From an uncultured Chloroflexia bacterium (lineage in GTDB: Bacteria; Chloroflexota; Chloroflexia; Thermomicrobiales; UBA6265), in contig CAVVQC010000005.1 of NCBI GenBank assembly GCA_963750275.1, positions 417,258 to 481,257 of the forward strand: a stretch of 64,000 bases of DNA, in the 5' to 3' direction. Both the position numbers and the translations under genes were made by a program. A model generated the notes under the pieces. The model worked only from the letters and a program-made list of their open reading frames with translations. It searched no databases and was not told where the DNA came from. Within the stretch, counting starts at the first letter, position 1. Each line of letters opens with the position of its first letter. Positions 35,905 through 45,807 of the stretch are shown here, piece by piece.

Positions 35905-37122
35905 CTACAGCATCGCGGCTGTAGCAGAGCGAGTCTCCTGGCCCTTTTCACCCGCGGTATACGGATTATTCCAGGCGGTGCCTTTTTCTTCGAAACGATC
36001 GGGGCGGAAGTGGCTCAGATCGAAGCCGTGGCTTTTCCCGGTGAGCTCATCGGCAATGATCTTGCCGTTGATCGCGCCCCATGAGAAGCCGCCGCCATTG
36101 AACCCGGCCACGATCGTCAATCCCTGCATGATGTCGGAGCGGCCAATGAGCGGCAGACCATCAGGGGTGAATCCCATGATTCCGGCCCAGCTCCGCACTA
36201 CCCGTACCCCGGCCAGCGCCGGGAAAAGCCCCACCAAACGCTTGCCGATTCCACTGATGACCGGCAGGGTGACGCGTTCCTCGTACAGGCCGAGGCCCTC
36301 CTGCTCATCCAACCGCCGGAACCCGCCGCAGATGATTGGCCCACCCGGTACCTGGCGACCGTATTCCTTGTCGAAGTTGTTTCCCCAAGCCAGCGGCAGG
36401 ATCGGCGCCACCGGCTCGGTCGCCAGGATCTGGCCGCGTGCCGGAACGATCGCCCCGGCAGGAAGCTGACGCAGCAGCAACGGCGTGTAGGAGTTGGTGG
36501 CCAGCACGACCTCCTCGGCATGAACCTGACTGCCGTCGAGCAGCTCGATTCCGGTCGTGTGGCCGCCATGCTCCAGGATCTTGGCGACCGGAGTATGCGT
36601 GCGAATGACCGCGCCCAACCGCACCGCGGCATTGGCAAAGCCGTCGACCAGTGCGAACGGCCAGAGATGGCCGGAGCTCCGGGTGTACTTCGAACCGTAA
36701 ATCTCATCGGTGACGACAGGCATCAGCTTGTGCGTTTCCAGCGCATCGAGCAGCTCAGGACCGGCACCGGCGGCACGCTCGATCTCACAACGCTCGACCA
36801 TGTGGTCCCATTGCGCTTTCGTCTGGGCAATTTCGATCGTGCCTGACTTGCGGAGTTGGAAATCGATCCCCAACTCGTCCGGCAACGCTTGGAGCATGCG
36901 CCAATTCGAGGACGTCATGGCATAGAGCTGCCCGGCGCCCTCGCTGTGCATGCGGGCCCCTTCGCCGGTCATGCCGCCGTTGCGTCCCGATGCACCGGAG
37001 CAGATGCCACGTTGCTCGAAGAGGTGAACCTTCTTGCCCGCTTGCGCGAGACGGTAGGCGACTGAGCAGCCGTTCAATCCACCGCCAACCACGATCACAT
37101 CTGGTCCCGACATCGCCGTCAT
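35905..37122 (-). CDS. FAD-dependent oxidoreductase (DAO family: glycine/D-amino-acid/sarcosine oxidase-like)
   Basis: DVIVVGGGLNGCSVAYRLAQAGKKVHLFE is a dinucleotide-binding motif and the rest is DAO-like. The start is the ATG at 37122 or at 37113. Confidence 0.8.
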   Translation of the reverse strand: MTAMSGPDVIVVGGGLNGCSVAYRLAQAGKKVHLFEQRGICSGASGRNGGMTGEGARMHSEGAGQLYAMTSSNWRMLQALPDELGIDFQLRKSGTIEIAQTKAQWDHMVERCEIERAAGAGPELLDALETHKLMPVVTDEIYGSKYTRSSGHLWPFALVDGFANAAVRLGAVIRTHTPVAKILEHGGHTTGIELLDGSQVHAEEVVLATNSYTPLLLRQLPAGAIVPARGQILATEPVAPILPLAWGNNFDKEYGRQVPGGPIICGGFRRLDEQEGLGLYEERVTLPVISGIGKRLVGLFPALAGVRVVRSWAGIMGFTPDGLPLIGRSDIMQGLTIVAGFNGGGFSWGAINGKIIADELTGKSHGFDLSHFRPDRFEEKGTAWNNPYTAGEKGQETRSATAAML

Positions 37123-37232
37123 CTCTCCCTGTCATCCAACCGCTGGAAGTCTAGCAGCGGGTTCCGGACCTATCGCGGCAGGCAAGCTGATTCCAAAGCA
37201 TCTCGGAACCGATCCGCTGCTGTGACCCCGGG

Positions 37233-37772
37233 CTATTCCCCGGTGTAGCGGACGCGGCAAGCAGCGATCACATCCCAGGCAAAGGGAGCGTCATGCCAGC
37301 CCAACACCTCGGTCTGCTTTGGCTCGAGCAGCTTGTACGTGGCGAAGAAGGTCTCGATCTCGCGCAACCAGTGGTCACCCAGGTGCGACAGGTCAGTCAC
37401 ATGTTGGTAACGGGGATCGCCCACCGGGACTGCCAGCACCTTGAAATCGGGACCCTTCTCGTCGGACATGTCTAGCCCACCGATCGGCCTCGCCTCGATA
37501 TAGCAGCCGGGGAACGAGGGCTCCTGCATGAGTACCAGAATGTCGAGATGGTCGCCATCCTCGGCCAGGGTATCGGGGATAAACCCATAGTCAGTTGGAT
37601 AGTGCACGGAAGAGTAGAGCACTCGATCGAGCCGGAGTCGCCCGGTAGCATCGTCGTATTCATACTTGTTACGACTACCTCGAGGAATTTCGATAAACGC
37701 CTCGACCGTCGCTACTTCGTTCGGATTGGACTGACTGTGCACGTTACTCCCCTTGTCCGCTGGGGAAGGCAT
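37233..37772 (-). CDS. ppa: inorganic pyrophosphatase (family I)
   Basis: It contains EIPRGSRNKYEYD...YPTDYGFIPDTLAEDGDHLDILVL. Confidence 0.9.
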   Translation of the reverse strand: MPSPADKGSNVHSQSNPNEVATVEAFIEIPRGSRNKYEYDDATGRLRLDRVLYSSVHYPTDYGFIPDTLAEDGDHLDILVLMQEPSFPGCYIEARPIGGLDMSDEKGPDFKVLAVPVGDPRYQHVTDLSHLGDHWLREIETFFATYKLLEPKQTEVLGWHDAPFAWDVIAACRVRYTGE

Positions 37773-37835
37773 TTCCCTCCCAGTTTGACGTTCATTGCTT
37801 GAATCTTCGCCGTTTTTGCGATTGGGTGCTGGCTC

Positions 37836-38570
37836 TTACGCGGGTTTGGCTTGCCGCGATCGTCTTCCATCGATACCTGGTATCCCGGCAACGTGCTGAA
37901 CCGTCTGCTCGATGGCATTCCATTCTGGGCCGGCAGTGTCATCACGATAACGGTAGTCGTGCTTCCGGATCACTTCTTGAAGCTGACTGCGGAGCTCTGC
38001 GTGCGATTGCTGCATACGGGCGCGCAACACCTCGAACGCTTCCAGGTCGGGACCAATGCAAAGCGCCAGATTGAGGTGTGACACGCACAACCCGTCGGAT
38101 TCCCCGTAACGCTCGCGAAACGAAGCGCTCCGGAGCTCCTCCAGCAGATGCATGACGACCTGGCGTTCCTGATCCTCCCGCACCACGCAAAGAGGACACA
38201 CACGCGATTCGACCAGCACCGAACAGGTGCGATTTCCGCTCTGCGCACCCGGCAGCCGGGAGCGCAATTGACCGCCTCGCCCGGCGCGTCCCGGCGACAG
38301 ACGCTCCAATTCGCGCGAAACCCGGCCCAGCACCGCTTCATAAATGATGGCTGAGCTCAGTGGTTGCGCCTCGTCCAGCCATTGCTGCGCGTGCACGTTG
38401 CAGAACCCCCAGGCCGCGTCGATCTTCTCCCGGTAGTCGGGATCGAGCACCAATTCGTCCTGAATACTCTCCAACGACTGTGAAACGCGCTGCAGCACCA
38501 AACGACAAACGGGGCAACCCGGCAGCGCAAGCGCTTCGTCGAGCCGGAGATTGCGATGCGAGATGGGCAT
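37836..38570 (-). CDS. Cys-rich protein of unknown function with duplicated CxxC...G(F/L)CxxH module
   Basis: Module 1 is CPVCRL...GFCNVHAQQWL and module 2 is CPLCVV...GLCVSHLNLAL. No catalytic motif is recognised. It may correspond to a DUF-type family that I cannot name with certainty. Confidence 0.6.
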   Translation of the reverse strand: MPISHRNLRLDEALALPGCPVCRLVLQRVSQSLESIQDELVLDPDYREKIDAAWGFCNVHAQQWLDEAQPLSSAIIYEAVLGRVSRELERLSPGRAGRGGQLRSRLPGAQSGNRTCSVLVESRVCPLCVVREDQERQVVMHLLEELRSASFRERYGESDGLCVSHLNLALCIGPDLEAFEVLRARMQQSHAELRSQLQEVIRKHDYRYRDDTAGPEWNAIEQTVQHVAGIPGIDGRRSRQAKPA

Positions 38571-38723
38571 GGAGTCAACTGTCCAGAGTCATGTGTCCTG
38601 AGCATGGTCCATTGCGCTCTGGACTCGGCTGTGCCGCAAACCCTTGTACCCTACGTGGTGACGAGACGCGGGTCAAGGTTCCCCGTATGTGGCGCGCTCG
38701 CGCCAGCAGGTAGGAGCATCCCG

Positions 38724-40874
38724 GTGCGCAATCTCATGGGTCGCTTGAACGCCCGGTCGGACGAGGAGCTCCAGCGGATCTCCGTCGCCTGGTTGTTGCC
38801 CGGCACCGCGCGGGATCGGCCGGCGCTCATCGCCCAGTTGATGCGGGCGATGACCGATCTGCGCGCGGCTCGGGATTTCTGGATGCGCCGCCCGGCCGAC
38901 GAGCGATTGATGATCGCGCACTATGTGGCGACCGACCCTGACGAGGGTTTCACCATCGACCAACTGGCCGACCAGCTCGGGGTCGACGAAGCGGCAGCGC
39001 GGACCACCGCCACTCGCCTGTATCAAGCTGGAGCACTGGCAACCAACGCGCGCGCGCAGCTGCTCACCGTGGGCGAGCTGCCCCGGCTCTTCCTGCCACG
39101 CGAGCTGGGCCAGCTCTTCGCCCGTATCCAGGATGAGCTCGATGCCGGGGATATAAGCAATTCGCCCCTTCCTGTGCTGCTGACCTTGCTCGACGATACC
39201 GATATCCAACGCGCCGCCGAGCTGTGGGGATTGGAGGCCATGCCGGGATTACGTACTCGGCGCGAGCTCACCGATGGGCTTCTGGAGCTGGCCGCCTTTC
39301 CCGATCGCCGCCTGGCCGTGGAACGCAAACTCGGCTGGGACGCGAAACGCGTGCTGGCAGCCGTTGCGGAGCTCCCCGCCGGCCAATCGACCCCGCTGGA
39401 GGAGATTGCCGAAACGTTGGAGCTCGATCCCGATCAACCCCGCACCGCCGACCGGTTGCGCAATGCGCTCACCGAGTTGGAGGAAGCCCTTCTGGTCTGG
39501 CACACCTTTCTGCCAGATGGGAGCCGAGCGCTCGTGCAACCGTTGTGGCAAAGCTCGGTACTGGAACCAACCAGGGACCGGGAAGCTCCACCGCAACCGA
39601 TCGATTCCATCCCGCAACCAGCCGATCCCATCGATCGGCACGCGCTCGCGTGGGATCTGCTCACCCTGCTCCGCTGGCTGGGAGCTGGCACGCCGTCGGT
39701 AGCGTCGCTGTCGTCGGCGACTATGCGCTCTCGCAGGCGGTTCAATGAACTTCTTTGGCAAAGGGGCGCGGAAGAACCGCATCCCGGCTATCTGGAGCTC
39801 CTGGCCGCCCTCGCCGATCACGGAAACCTGCTCGACCCGCCCGATGCCGAATCCCATGCCAATCCCGCATTGCGCATCTGGCGATCACGCAGCTTTGCCG
39901 ATCAAACCGCGCAACTCCTCTTCTGGTGGCTCAGCGCGACCACCTGGATCGAAGCGCTCGATCAGGAAGAGGTAGTGGTCTCCGGCGCGCATTGGCCAAA
40001 ATTCCGACGCCGTCTGCTGGTGCTCCTCCCCGAGCTCGAACCGGATGGCTGGTACCGGCTCGACGTCCTTGCCCGCTGGCTCAGCCACCGCAGTAGCGAT
40101 GCCCTGGGTGCGGCGGTGCAAATCGCCACCGCGCGACCGACCGACGCGCGCCTCGATCGCTCGACCGAACGGCTCTCATCGCTCGAACAGGTGGTGGAGC
40201 GAACCTTGCGCAGCGGATTCGCCTGGTTCGGGCTGATCGAATTCGCGCATATTCCTGCCATCGGCGAGGTGGTTCGGGTCACCGAAACCGGACTTGCCGC
40301 GGCAGGCGTGCGCGAATCCATCGCCGATCCTGAGCCAGCCGACACCCCACTGACGATCCATCCCGATCTGACGGTCGCCCTGGCCGCGCCAACCCCAGTG
40401 CGCATCTGGTCACTCACGGCATTTGCCGATCAAGTTCGGTTGCAGCCGCAGGCGGAATACCGGATCACCAATCGATCGCTGAAACGCGCACTCTCCGCCG
40501 GATTTCGCGTGCAGGACGTGGAAACATTTCTCGAAAAGCAGAGCGGAACAACCCTCGACAACGCCGCGCGAGATCAATTGCACCGTTGGGCAGAAACGCT
40601 CGGGCGTGTCTGGCTGGCGCCCGCGATGATCGTGCAAGCAGAACAGGATGAAGAAACCAGCCCGTTGCGTTCGACCCTGGTGCGGGAGGGCCTGAAGGTT
40701 ACGCCGGTGGGAGCGGCACTACTGGTGGAAGGCGAGATGGGGATGAGCGCAAACGCGCTGGAGAACAAGGTTGCCGAGACCTTACGCGACGCGGGAAAGA
40801 GTCCGCAGTTACGAAGATCGCCCGAAGCACTTGCGAGCGATGAACGCACCGGAAACATCGACCGATCCGGCTAG
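38724..40874 (+). CDS. large helicase-associated (XPB N-terminal / Helicase_C_3-like) domain protein lacking a helicase core
   Basis: ORF 38556..40874(+). The GTG at 38724 is 7 nt after TAGGAG, and there is also an ATG at 38736. The C-terminal part (VVERTLRSGFAWFGLIEF...YRITNRSLKRALSAGFRVQDVETFLEKQSG...DQLHRWAETLGRVWL) resembles the XPB damage-recognition/Helicase_C_3 pattern. I found no Walker motifs. Confidence 0.6.
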   Translation: MRNLMGRLNARSDEELQRISVAWLLPGTARDRPALIAQLMRAMTDLRAARDFWMRRPADERLMIAHYVATDPDEGFTIDQLADQLGVDEAAARTTATRLYQAGALATNARAQLLTVGELPRLFLPRELGQLFARIQDELDAGDISNSPLPVLLTLLDDTDIQRAAELWGLEAMPGLRTRRELTDGLLELAAFPDRRLAVERKLGWDAKRVLAAVAELPAGQSTPLEEIAETLELDPDQPRTADRLRNALTELEEALLVWHTFLPDGSRALVQPLWQSSVLEPTRDREAPPQPIDSIPQPADPIDRHALAWDLLTLLRWLGAGTPSVASLSSATMRSRRRFNELLWQRGAEEPHPGYLELLAALADHGNLLDPPDAESHANPALRIWRSRSFADQTAQLLFWWLSATTWIEALDQEEVVVSGAHWPKFRRRLLVLLPELEPDGWYRLDVLARWLSHRSSDALGAAVQIATARPTDARLDRSTERLSSLEQVVERTLRSGFAWFGLIEFAHIPAIGEVVRVTETGLAAAGVRESIADPEPADTPLTIHPDLTVALAAPTPVRIWSLTAFADQVRLQPQAEYRITNRSLKRALSAGFRVQDVETFLEKQSGTTLDNAARDQLHRWAETLGRVWLAPAMIVQAEQDEETSPLRSTLVREGLKVTPVGAALLVEGEMGMSANALENKVAETLRDAGKSPQLRRSPEALASDERTGNIDRSG

Positions 40875-41350
40875 GCGAGCCGGTGGTCTGGCGAAGAGCG
40901 CTCCAATTCGGTCGCAACGGGACGCAACCGGGTCAGACATCGATCGAGCTCATCCATTTCTTCAGGCGTAAATGCGCTCAGCGCGGCCGCCATCTCCTGT
41001 TGCAGGAGATTGGACACCGATTCGGCTGCAGCGCGTCCCTCGTCGGTAAGCGCCAGCAACACCCGGCGACGATCGTCGGTGCTGTTGATACGGCGAACAT
41101 AGCCTCGCTTTTCCAGCCGATCGATCAAGCCGGTGACAACGGCCGGTGTCACCATCAGCCGGCGGGCCACATCGCCCAGGGAAGTTTTTTCACTCTCGAT
41201 CATCGTCAGCGCGGAAAGCTGGCGCAAGCTCAACCGGTTTTCGCCGGCGGCTCGCGCAACGCTGGCCTCGGCCCAGCGATTGAGGCGAGGAACGATATCG
41301 AGCAGCGACAATGTCACGGTGTCTGCGACGGTGGGTGCTGTCTTCGGCAT
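40871..41350 (-). CDS. MarR-family transcriptional regulator
   Basis: LSLRQLSALTMIESEKTSLGDVARRLMVTPAVVTGLIDRLEKRGYVRRINSTDDRRRVLLALTDEG is a MarR wHTH. Start choice (41350, 41371 or 41464) is uncertain. Confidence 0.8.
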   Translation of the reverse strand: MPKTAPTVADTVTLSLLDIVPRLNRWAEASVARAAGENRLSLRQLSALTMIESEKTSLGDVARRLMVTPAVVTGLIDRLEKRGYVRRINSTDDRRRVLLALTDEGRAAAESVSNLLQQEMAAALSAFTPEEMDELDRCLTRLRPVATELERSSPDHRLA

Positions 41351-41595
41351 CGTGCGGAAACTCCTGAGCATGTACTGGTGTCGCCAGTCGATCGGGGTAT
41401 GTTGCGGCTGTCGTGACGAGATCATCGACACAGAGCCTCCCACTCCGTTGAGGGCATTGCTCACCTATAGATTGTACCGGAGGCAGCGTAAGCCGTTATC
41501 TTTGCGTCATATTGGAATTGACGTTCGTGCGCGAGGCAGCACAGCGTAAACTTCCTTGAAAGCAATCAGAAGCTTGGGAGCATCGTGTGAATCAA

Positions 41596-42081
41596 ATGCG
41601 CAATATGTCACTCAGGCGGTGGGTTTCCAACATTCTCTTCATCGTGGCGGCGGTGCTCTTCGCCTACGTCGCGTTCGCCTGGTATCAGGAACGCAACGAC
41701 GCAACGCCCCAGATTCCCACCCCGCAAAGCGAACCGGGTCACGCCGAGCTCAAGAATGTGCACGACGCGATTGCCGCCCAGGGAACAACGGTCGAATATG
41801 GCCGACAGACGGTGCGCGTCGAGGGACTGACACCGGTGGGTCAGCAGCTTATGGTCGAAGGAGTTCCCGTCTACGTGTTCCTTTTCGAGAGCACTGATGT
41901 CCGCACCGAGCAAGCCAGCGGTATTTCTCTCGATACCATCGAGATCAAAACGCCGTCGGGTGCCGATGCCGCCACCGGGGACCTCGCCGTTTCCGACGGA
42001 AGCAACGTGCTGGTGATCTCCGATGGCGCCGCTGAAGATGTCCAGGCCAAGATCGACGCGGGAGTGCAAAGCCTTCCTTGA
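41596..42081 (+). CDS. membrane-anchored hypothetical protein
   Basis: It has an N-terminal TM helix (WVSNILFIVAAVLFAYVAFAW). The stop overlaps the TTG start of the downstream thioredoxin-like gene (TTGA). Confidence 0.55.
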   Translation: MRNMSLRRWVSNILFIVAAVLFAYVAFAWYQERNDATPQIPTPQSEPGHAELKNVHDAIAAQGTTVEYGRQTVRVEGLTPVGQQLMVEGVPVYVFLFESTDVRTEQASGISLDTIEIKTPSGADAATGDLAVSDGSNVLVISDGAAEDVQAKIDAGVQSLP

Positions 42082-42725
42082 CCGACGAACAACAACCGGT
42101 AACCACGCCACCGACCACCGAGGCCGAGGAGCTCGATCCGTTCGAGCATGGACGGGTGGGGTACGGAACCTACGCGAAATACACCCCCGCCCTGCTGGCG
42201 CTCGGGATCGTGCTGGTCATCGCCTATATCGGCTGGAAGCAATGGCAACCAGATGCCGACCTGCCACGCGCTGGGGTGTTGATCGATCAACCCGCGCCTG
42301 ACTGGAGTCTCACACTGCTCGACGGATCGACCGTCACTGCCGCTGACCTGGCTGGCCGTGCGGTGGTGCTCAACTTCTGGGCATCCTGGTGCGCGCCGTG
42401 CGAAGCCGAAATGCCAGAACTGGAACAGCTCAACTCCGACCTCGTATCCGCGGGAACGCCGGCGACCATTATTGGGGTGGGCGTCAAACGAGATAACAAC
42501 GACAACGCGCTCGCCATGGTCGACCGGTTGGGAATCACTTACCCCATCGGGCGGGACACAGGCGGCGAGAGCGATACCGTCGGACCGGTCACCCAATCGT
42601 TCGGCGTCGACACCTACCCGGCCACTGTCTTTATTCGGCCCGACGGCACAGTTTCCGCGATCGTTTTCGGTCCTCTCACCGAAGACTCCGCCCGTTCCTA
42701 CATCGAAGACGCGCTCGGCGATTGA
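42078..42725 (+). CDS. TlpA/ResA-family thiol:disulfide oxidoreductase (membrane-anchored thioredoxin fold)
   Basis: It has a TM helix LLALGIVLVIAYIGW and the motif VVLNFWASWCAPCEAEMPEL (WCxxC). Confidence 0.8.
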   Translation: MTDEQQPVTTPPTTEAEELDPFEHGRVGYGTYAKYTPALLALGIVLVIAYIGWKQWQPDADLPRAGVLIDQPAPDWSLTLLDGSTVTAADLAGRAVVLNFWASWCAPCEAEMPELEQLNSDLVSAGTPATIIGVGVKRDNNDNALAMVDRLGITYPIGRDTGGESDTVGPVTQSFGVDTYPATVFIRPDGTVSAIVFGPLTEDSARSYIEDALGD

Positions 42726-42857
42726 GCCCTGTGACATTCGTAGCGCAGGGCCTCCATGCCCTCTTGCCGGAGGCGGTAGTAGCGGAGGGCGTTTCTGCCC
42801 TCTTGTCCCTATCACCCATTTCCAACGCGAAGTCACGAAACAGACGTGGCAACGAAC

Positions 42858-42885
42858 AACAGGACGGCGAATTTGCCGTCCTGTT
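42858..42885. terminator. hairpin between the convergent tlpA-like gene and ilvE
   Basis: There is an 11-bp stem AACAGGACGGC/GCCGTCCTGTT with loop GAATTT. Confidence 0.5.
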
Positions 42886-42911
42886 CCGTATGCAGTGGAT
42901 TGATGGAGTGC

Positions 42912-43859
42912 TTACCCGGCCATGGCGACCTGGGGAACCTTTACCTGGGTCAGCCAATGGGCATACTGCTGGTTCTTGCCACGAACCGTGTCGAAGAAGA
43001 GGGTGCGGAGCTGCTCGGTGACAGGACCGACCTTTCCGGTGCCAATAGTTCGGCCATCGATCGCCTCGATCCAGGCCACCTGCACACCGGTACCGCAGAA
43101 AAAGGCTTCATCGGCCAGATAGAGCTCGGTGCGGTCGATCTCACGAATCTCGACCTCGATACCGGCATTCTTCGCCATCTTGAGGATCGACCGGCGGGTA
43201 ATGCCCTCGAGGATATCGCTGGAAAACGGCGGGGTCACCAGCTTGTCATGTCGCACGATGAAGAGATTGCAACCGCTGCCTTCGGCGATCTTGCCAGCGG
43301 TGTTCATCATGATCGCTTCATCGGCGCCGTTCTCGATCGCTTCGTCTTTGGCGAACGCCGAATTCACATACGCGCCGGAAAGCTTGCCGCGACTCGGAAT
43401 GGCGGCGTCTGGAATGCGTACCCAGGAGGAGATGACCGCCTTCTGGCCGCGGTCGAGCGCCAGGTAGTCGCCCATCGGCATCTGGTAAACCGCGAACTCG
43501 TCACCGATCCCGCGCAACCGCGGGGTGAGCTGGACGGCCGGCTTGTAGAGAAAGGGGCGGATGTAGATGTCCCCCGACGGGGCATTCTTCTCGGTGAGTT
43601 CGGCGATGATGCGCGCCATGTCATCCGCGCTGTAGGGGAGTTCCATACGCAGCAGCTTGGCTGAGTTCGCCAACCGTGCGGCATGGTCTGGCAGGCGGAA
43701 GATATTGATGGTCGAGCCATCCTGGTCGAGATAACCGCGCACACCAGCAAATGCCCCAGTACCGTACTGCAGCGCGTGGGTGCCGATACTCACGTTCGCC
43801 TCGGAAAACGGAACCATCTTCCCTTCGAAAAAGGCGTAATCGAGGATCTTTGCGTCCAT
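42912..43859 (-). CDS. ilvE: branched-chain amino acid aminotransferase (class IV)
   Basis: MDAKILDYAFFEGKMVPFSEANVSIGTHALQYGTGAFAGVRGY...YIRPF is present. The ATG at 43859 follows GAGAGGAA. The longer ORF that extends to 44138 is rejected. Confidence 0.88.
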   Translation of the reverse strand: MDAKILDYAFFEGKMVPFSEANVSIGTHALQYGTGAFAGVRGYLDQDGSTINIFRLPDHAARLANSAKLLRMELPYSADDMARIIAELTEKNAPSGDIYIRPFLYKPAVQLTPRLRGIGDEFAVYQMPMGDYLALDRGQKAVISSWVRIPDAAIPSRGKLSGAYVNSAFAKDEAIENGADEAIMMNTAGKIAEGSGCNLFIVRHDKLVTPPFSSDILEGITRRSILKMAKNAGIEVEIREIDRTELYLADEAFFCGTGVQVAWIEAIDGRTIGTGKVGPVTEQLRTLFFDTVRGKNQQYAHWLTQVKVPQVAMAG

Positions 43860-43968
43860 GGAAATTCCTCTCGGCACGATTCCTTCGGCGGTCATGTTCG
43901 GGGTCGAAGGAGCGGATCGAAAACTCGTGCCTATTGTCCCATATGAAAAATTGCCAATGCCCCCTCGA

Positions 43969-44496
43969 TCAGAGTGATTCGAGCCAGGTAATGGCCGCGC
44001 GGGTTTGCAGCAGGCGGAGATCGAGCACCTGGCGAGCAAAGTCGGAGGAAGGAGCCACCGAGTCAGCGAGGCGAGATTCGAGACCGGATTCCATTTCGCG
44101 GCTCTTGTCGAGCTGTCCGCGAATGAGCTCGGTGGCAAGGTCAGGATCGAGCAATCGAGCGAAATAGAGTTTGACCAGAAACTCCAGTCGAATTTCGCGA
44201 GTGTGCCGCACCGGTTCGCGCAACCAGCGCAGCAGCTCGCTGGTACCTTCGTCGGTCAGGGTATAGACCTGCCGGGGCGGGCGGGTCCCCTGTGGTTCGA
44301 TATCGACGGTGACCCAACCGGTGCGCGCCATTTTCTTGAGGTGGTGATAGAGCATTCCCGGCTCGAGCTTCAGCACATCGCCAAGCGCCTGATCGTCGGC
44401 AAAGTGACGTGCCAGATCGTAGCCATGGCCGCCGCCCTGCTCGAAATAGAGCAAACCGAGAATGGCATGTTCCGCAGGTTGGACCGGTCGCGGCAT
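43969..44496 (-). CDS. PadR-family transcriptional regulator
   Basis: ILGLLYFEQGGGHGYDLARHF...GMLYHHLKKMARTGWV...RQVYTLTDEG is the PadR pattern. The start is the ATG at 44496. Confidence 0.8.
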   Translation of the reverse strand: MPRPVQPAEHAILGLLYFEQGGGHGYDLARHFADDQALGDVLKLEPGMLYHHLKKMARTGWVTVDIEPQGTRPPRQVYTLTDEGTSELLRWLREPVRHTREIRLEFLVKLYFARLLDPDLATELIRGQLDKSREMESGLESRLADSVAPSSDFARQVLDLRLLQTRAAITWLESL

Positions 44497-44584
44497 TGCA
44501 GAGCCCCCACGAGAGATACGTTTCGCATGTAACGGTACACTCTTCCCATAAGAAACGCCGTCAGCTTCTGAGAGGCAATCACCC

Positions 44585-45049
44585 ATGGAAACGGCTCTGA
44601 ACGCGCGCGATGTGATGATCACCGATGTCCCAACCGCGCTGGTCGATGATCCTGTGGCCGATATCATCGCCGTGCTCGAATCCCACGATCTGGGCGGTAT
44701 CCCTGTAGTGGACGGTGACCGGAAGCTGATCGGCATGGTGACCGAGTACGACATCATCAGCAAACGCGGACTCACGGCCGGCAGCATCATGAGCCGCGGG
44801 GTTATCACGGTGCAGGAGATGGCGCCAGTGGGCGAGCTTATCGAGCTCATGGGATTGCACGGCGTGCGACAGCTTCCCGTGGTGAATGACGGCCTGCTTA
44901 TCGGCATCGTCACCCGCCGCGAGCTGATGCGCCACTACGCTCGCACCATCTGGATATGCGAACGTTGTGGCACCGAGGAGCCGGGGTTGCTCCGGCCGTT
45001 GAAGTGCCCGAATTGCCAGGGAGTTGCCTTCAGGGTCCGGAGCTCGTAG
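44585..45049 (+). CDS. CBS-pair domain protein with C-terminal CxxC...CxxC zinc ribbon
   Basis: There are two CBS motifs (VMITDVPT...GIPVVD and IMSRGVITV...QLPVVN), then ICERCGTEEPGLLRPLKCPNCQG. Confidence 0.75.
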   Translation: METALNARDVMITDVPTALVDDPVADIIAVLESHDLGGIPVVDGDRKLIGMVTEYDIISKRGLTAGSIMSRGVITVQEMAPVGELIELMGLHGVRQLPVVNDGLLIGIVTRRELMRHYARTIWICERCGTEEPGLLRPLKCPNCQGVAFRVRSS

Positions 45050-45200
45050 TCCCCAGCGCGGAGTTCGATCAGGTGGTACCTCTCCGGACTCCGGACCCGG
45101 CACTCCGGACCCATCTCCACATACGTACGGAACGGGTTCGTGTTACGATTCGATCGTAAGGACGCCAGATCCTCTATCGAATTCGCGAGCGGCGGGTCGT

Positions 45201-45794
45201 TTGAACGAATTCCTCTCTGAACTCTTCGCGTCGAAGGTTCGCGCTGCGGTGCTGGGCCAGACTATTCCGCGACCCCATCTTTCCTGGTCACTCACCGAGT
45301 TCTCTCGCCTACTCGATCTCCCGATTAGCTCCTTGCAGCACGAGTGTTACAAGCTCGAACGGCTGGGAGTGCTGGTTTCCCAGCGCGAAGGAGCCTCACG
45401 CCGCTACCGCGTGAATCCCAACGGACCCTCGATTCGCGAGCTGACCGCACTGGTTGTCAGCGCGCTCGGTCCCGCAGAAGTGCTCCGCGGCACGCTGGAA
45501 GAGATCCAGGGTCTGGAGACGGCCTTTATCGCCACCACCCTGCCGTTGACCCAATCGGCGATTTCCGGCGCGGACGGTTCGATCCCGCTGGTGCTCATCG
45601 GCGAGATTCCGCTGGAGCAGATCGATACCGCGCAAGAACGCGCGGCCGCACTGCTCGGACTCGATCCGTCGCAAATCGAAGCGGTCTTCTACCTTCCCGA
45701 GGATTGGGATGAGCGGGTGGAACAGCGAGCGGCCTATGCGGTCTGGTTGCTGGAATCCCCTCGTACTCATCTCATCGGCACGCCCATCGATTGA
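45201..45794 (+). CDS. winged-helix (ArsR-like) domain protein with uncharacterised C-terminal domain
   Basis: ORF 45024..45794(+). LTEFSRLLDLPISSLQHECYKLERLGVLVSQREGASRRYRV is HTH-like. The start is uncertain, with TTG at 45201 suggested. Confidence 0.55.
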   Translation: MNEFLSELFASKVRAAVLGQTIPRPHLSWSLTEFSRLLDLPISSLQHECYKLERLGVLVSQREGASRRYRVNPNGPSIRELTALVVSALGPAEVLRGTLEEIQGLETAFIATTLPLTQSAISGADGSIPLVLIGEIPLEQIDTAQERAAALLGLDPSQIEAVFYLPEDWDERVEQRAAYAVWLLESPRTHLIGTPID

Positions 45795-45807
45795 TCGGAT
45801 CCTCCTT

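Noticed and set aside
40871-40874. The convergent Helicase_C_3-like and MarR genes share overlapping stop codons in the palindrome CTAG.
   Set aside because: The overlap is real in the sequence, but it is a compactness curiosity and I can attach no functional implication to it.
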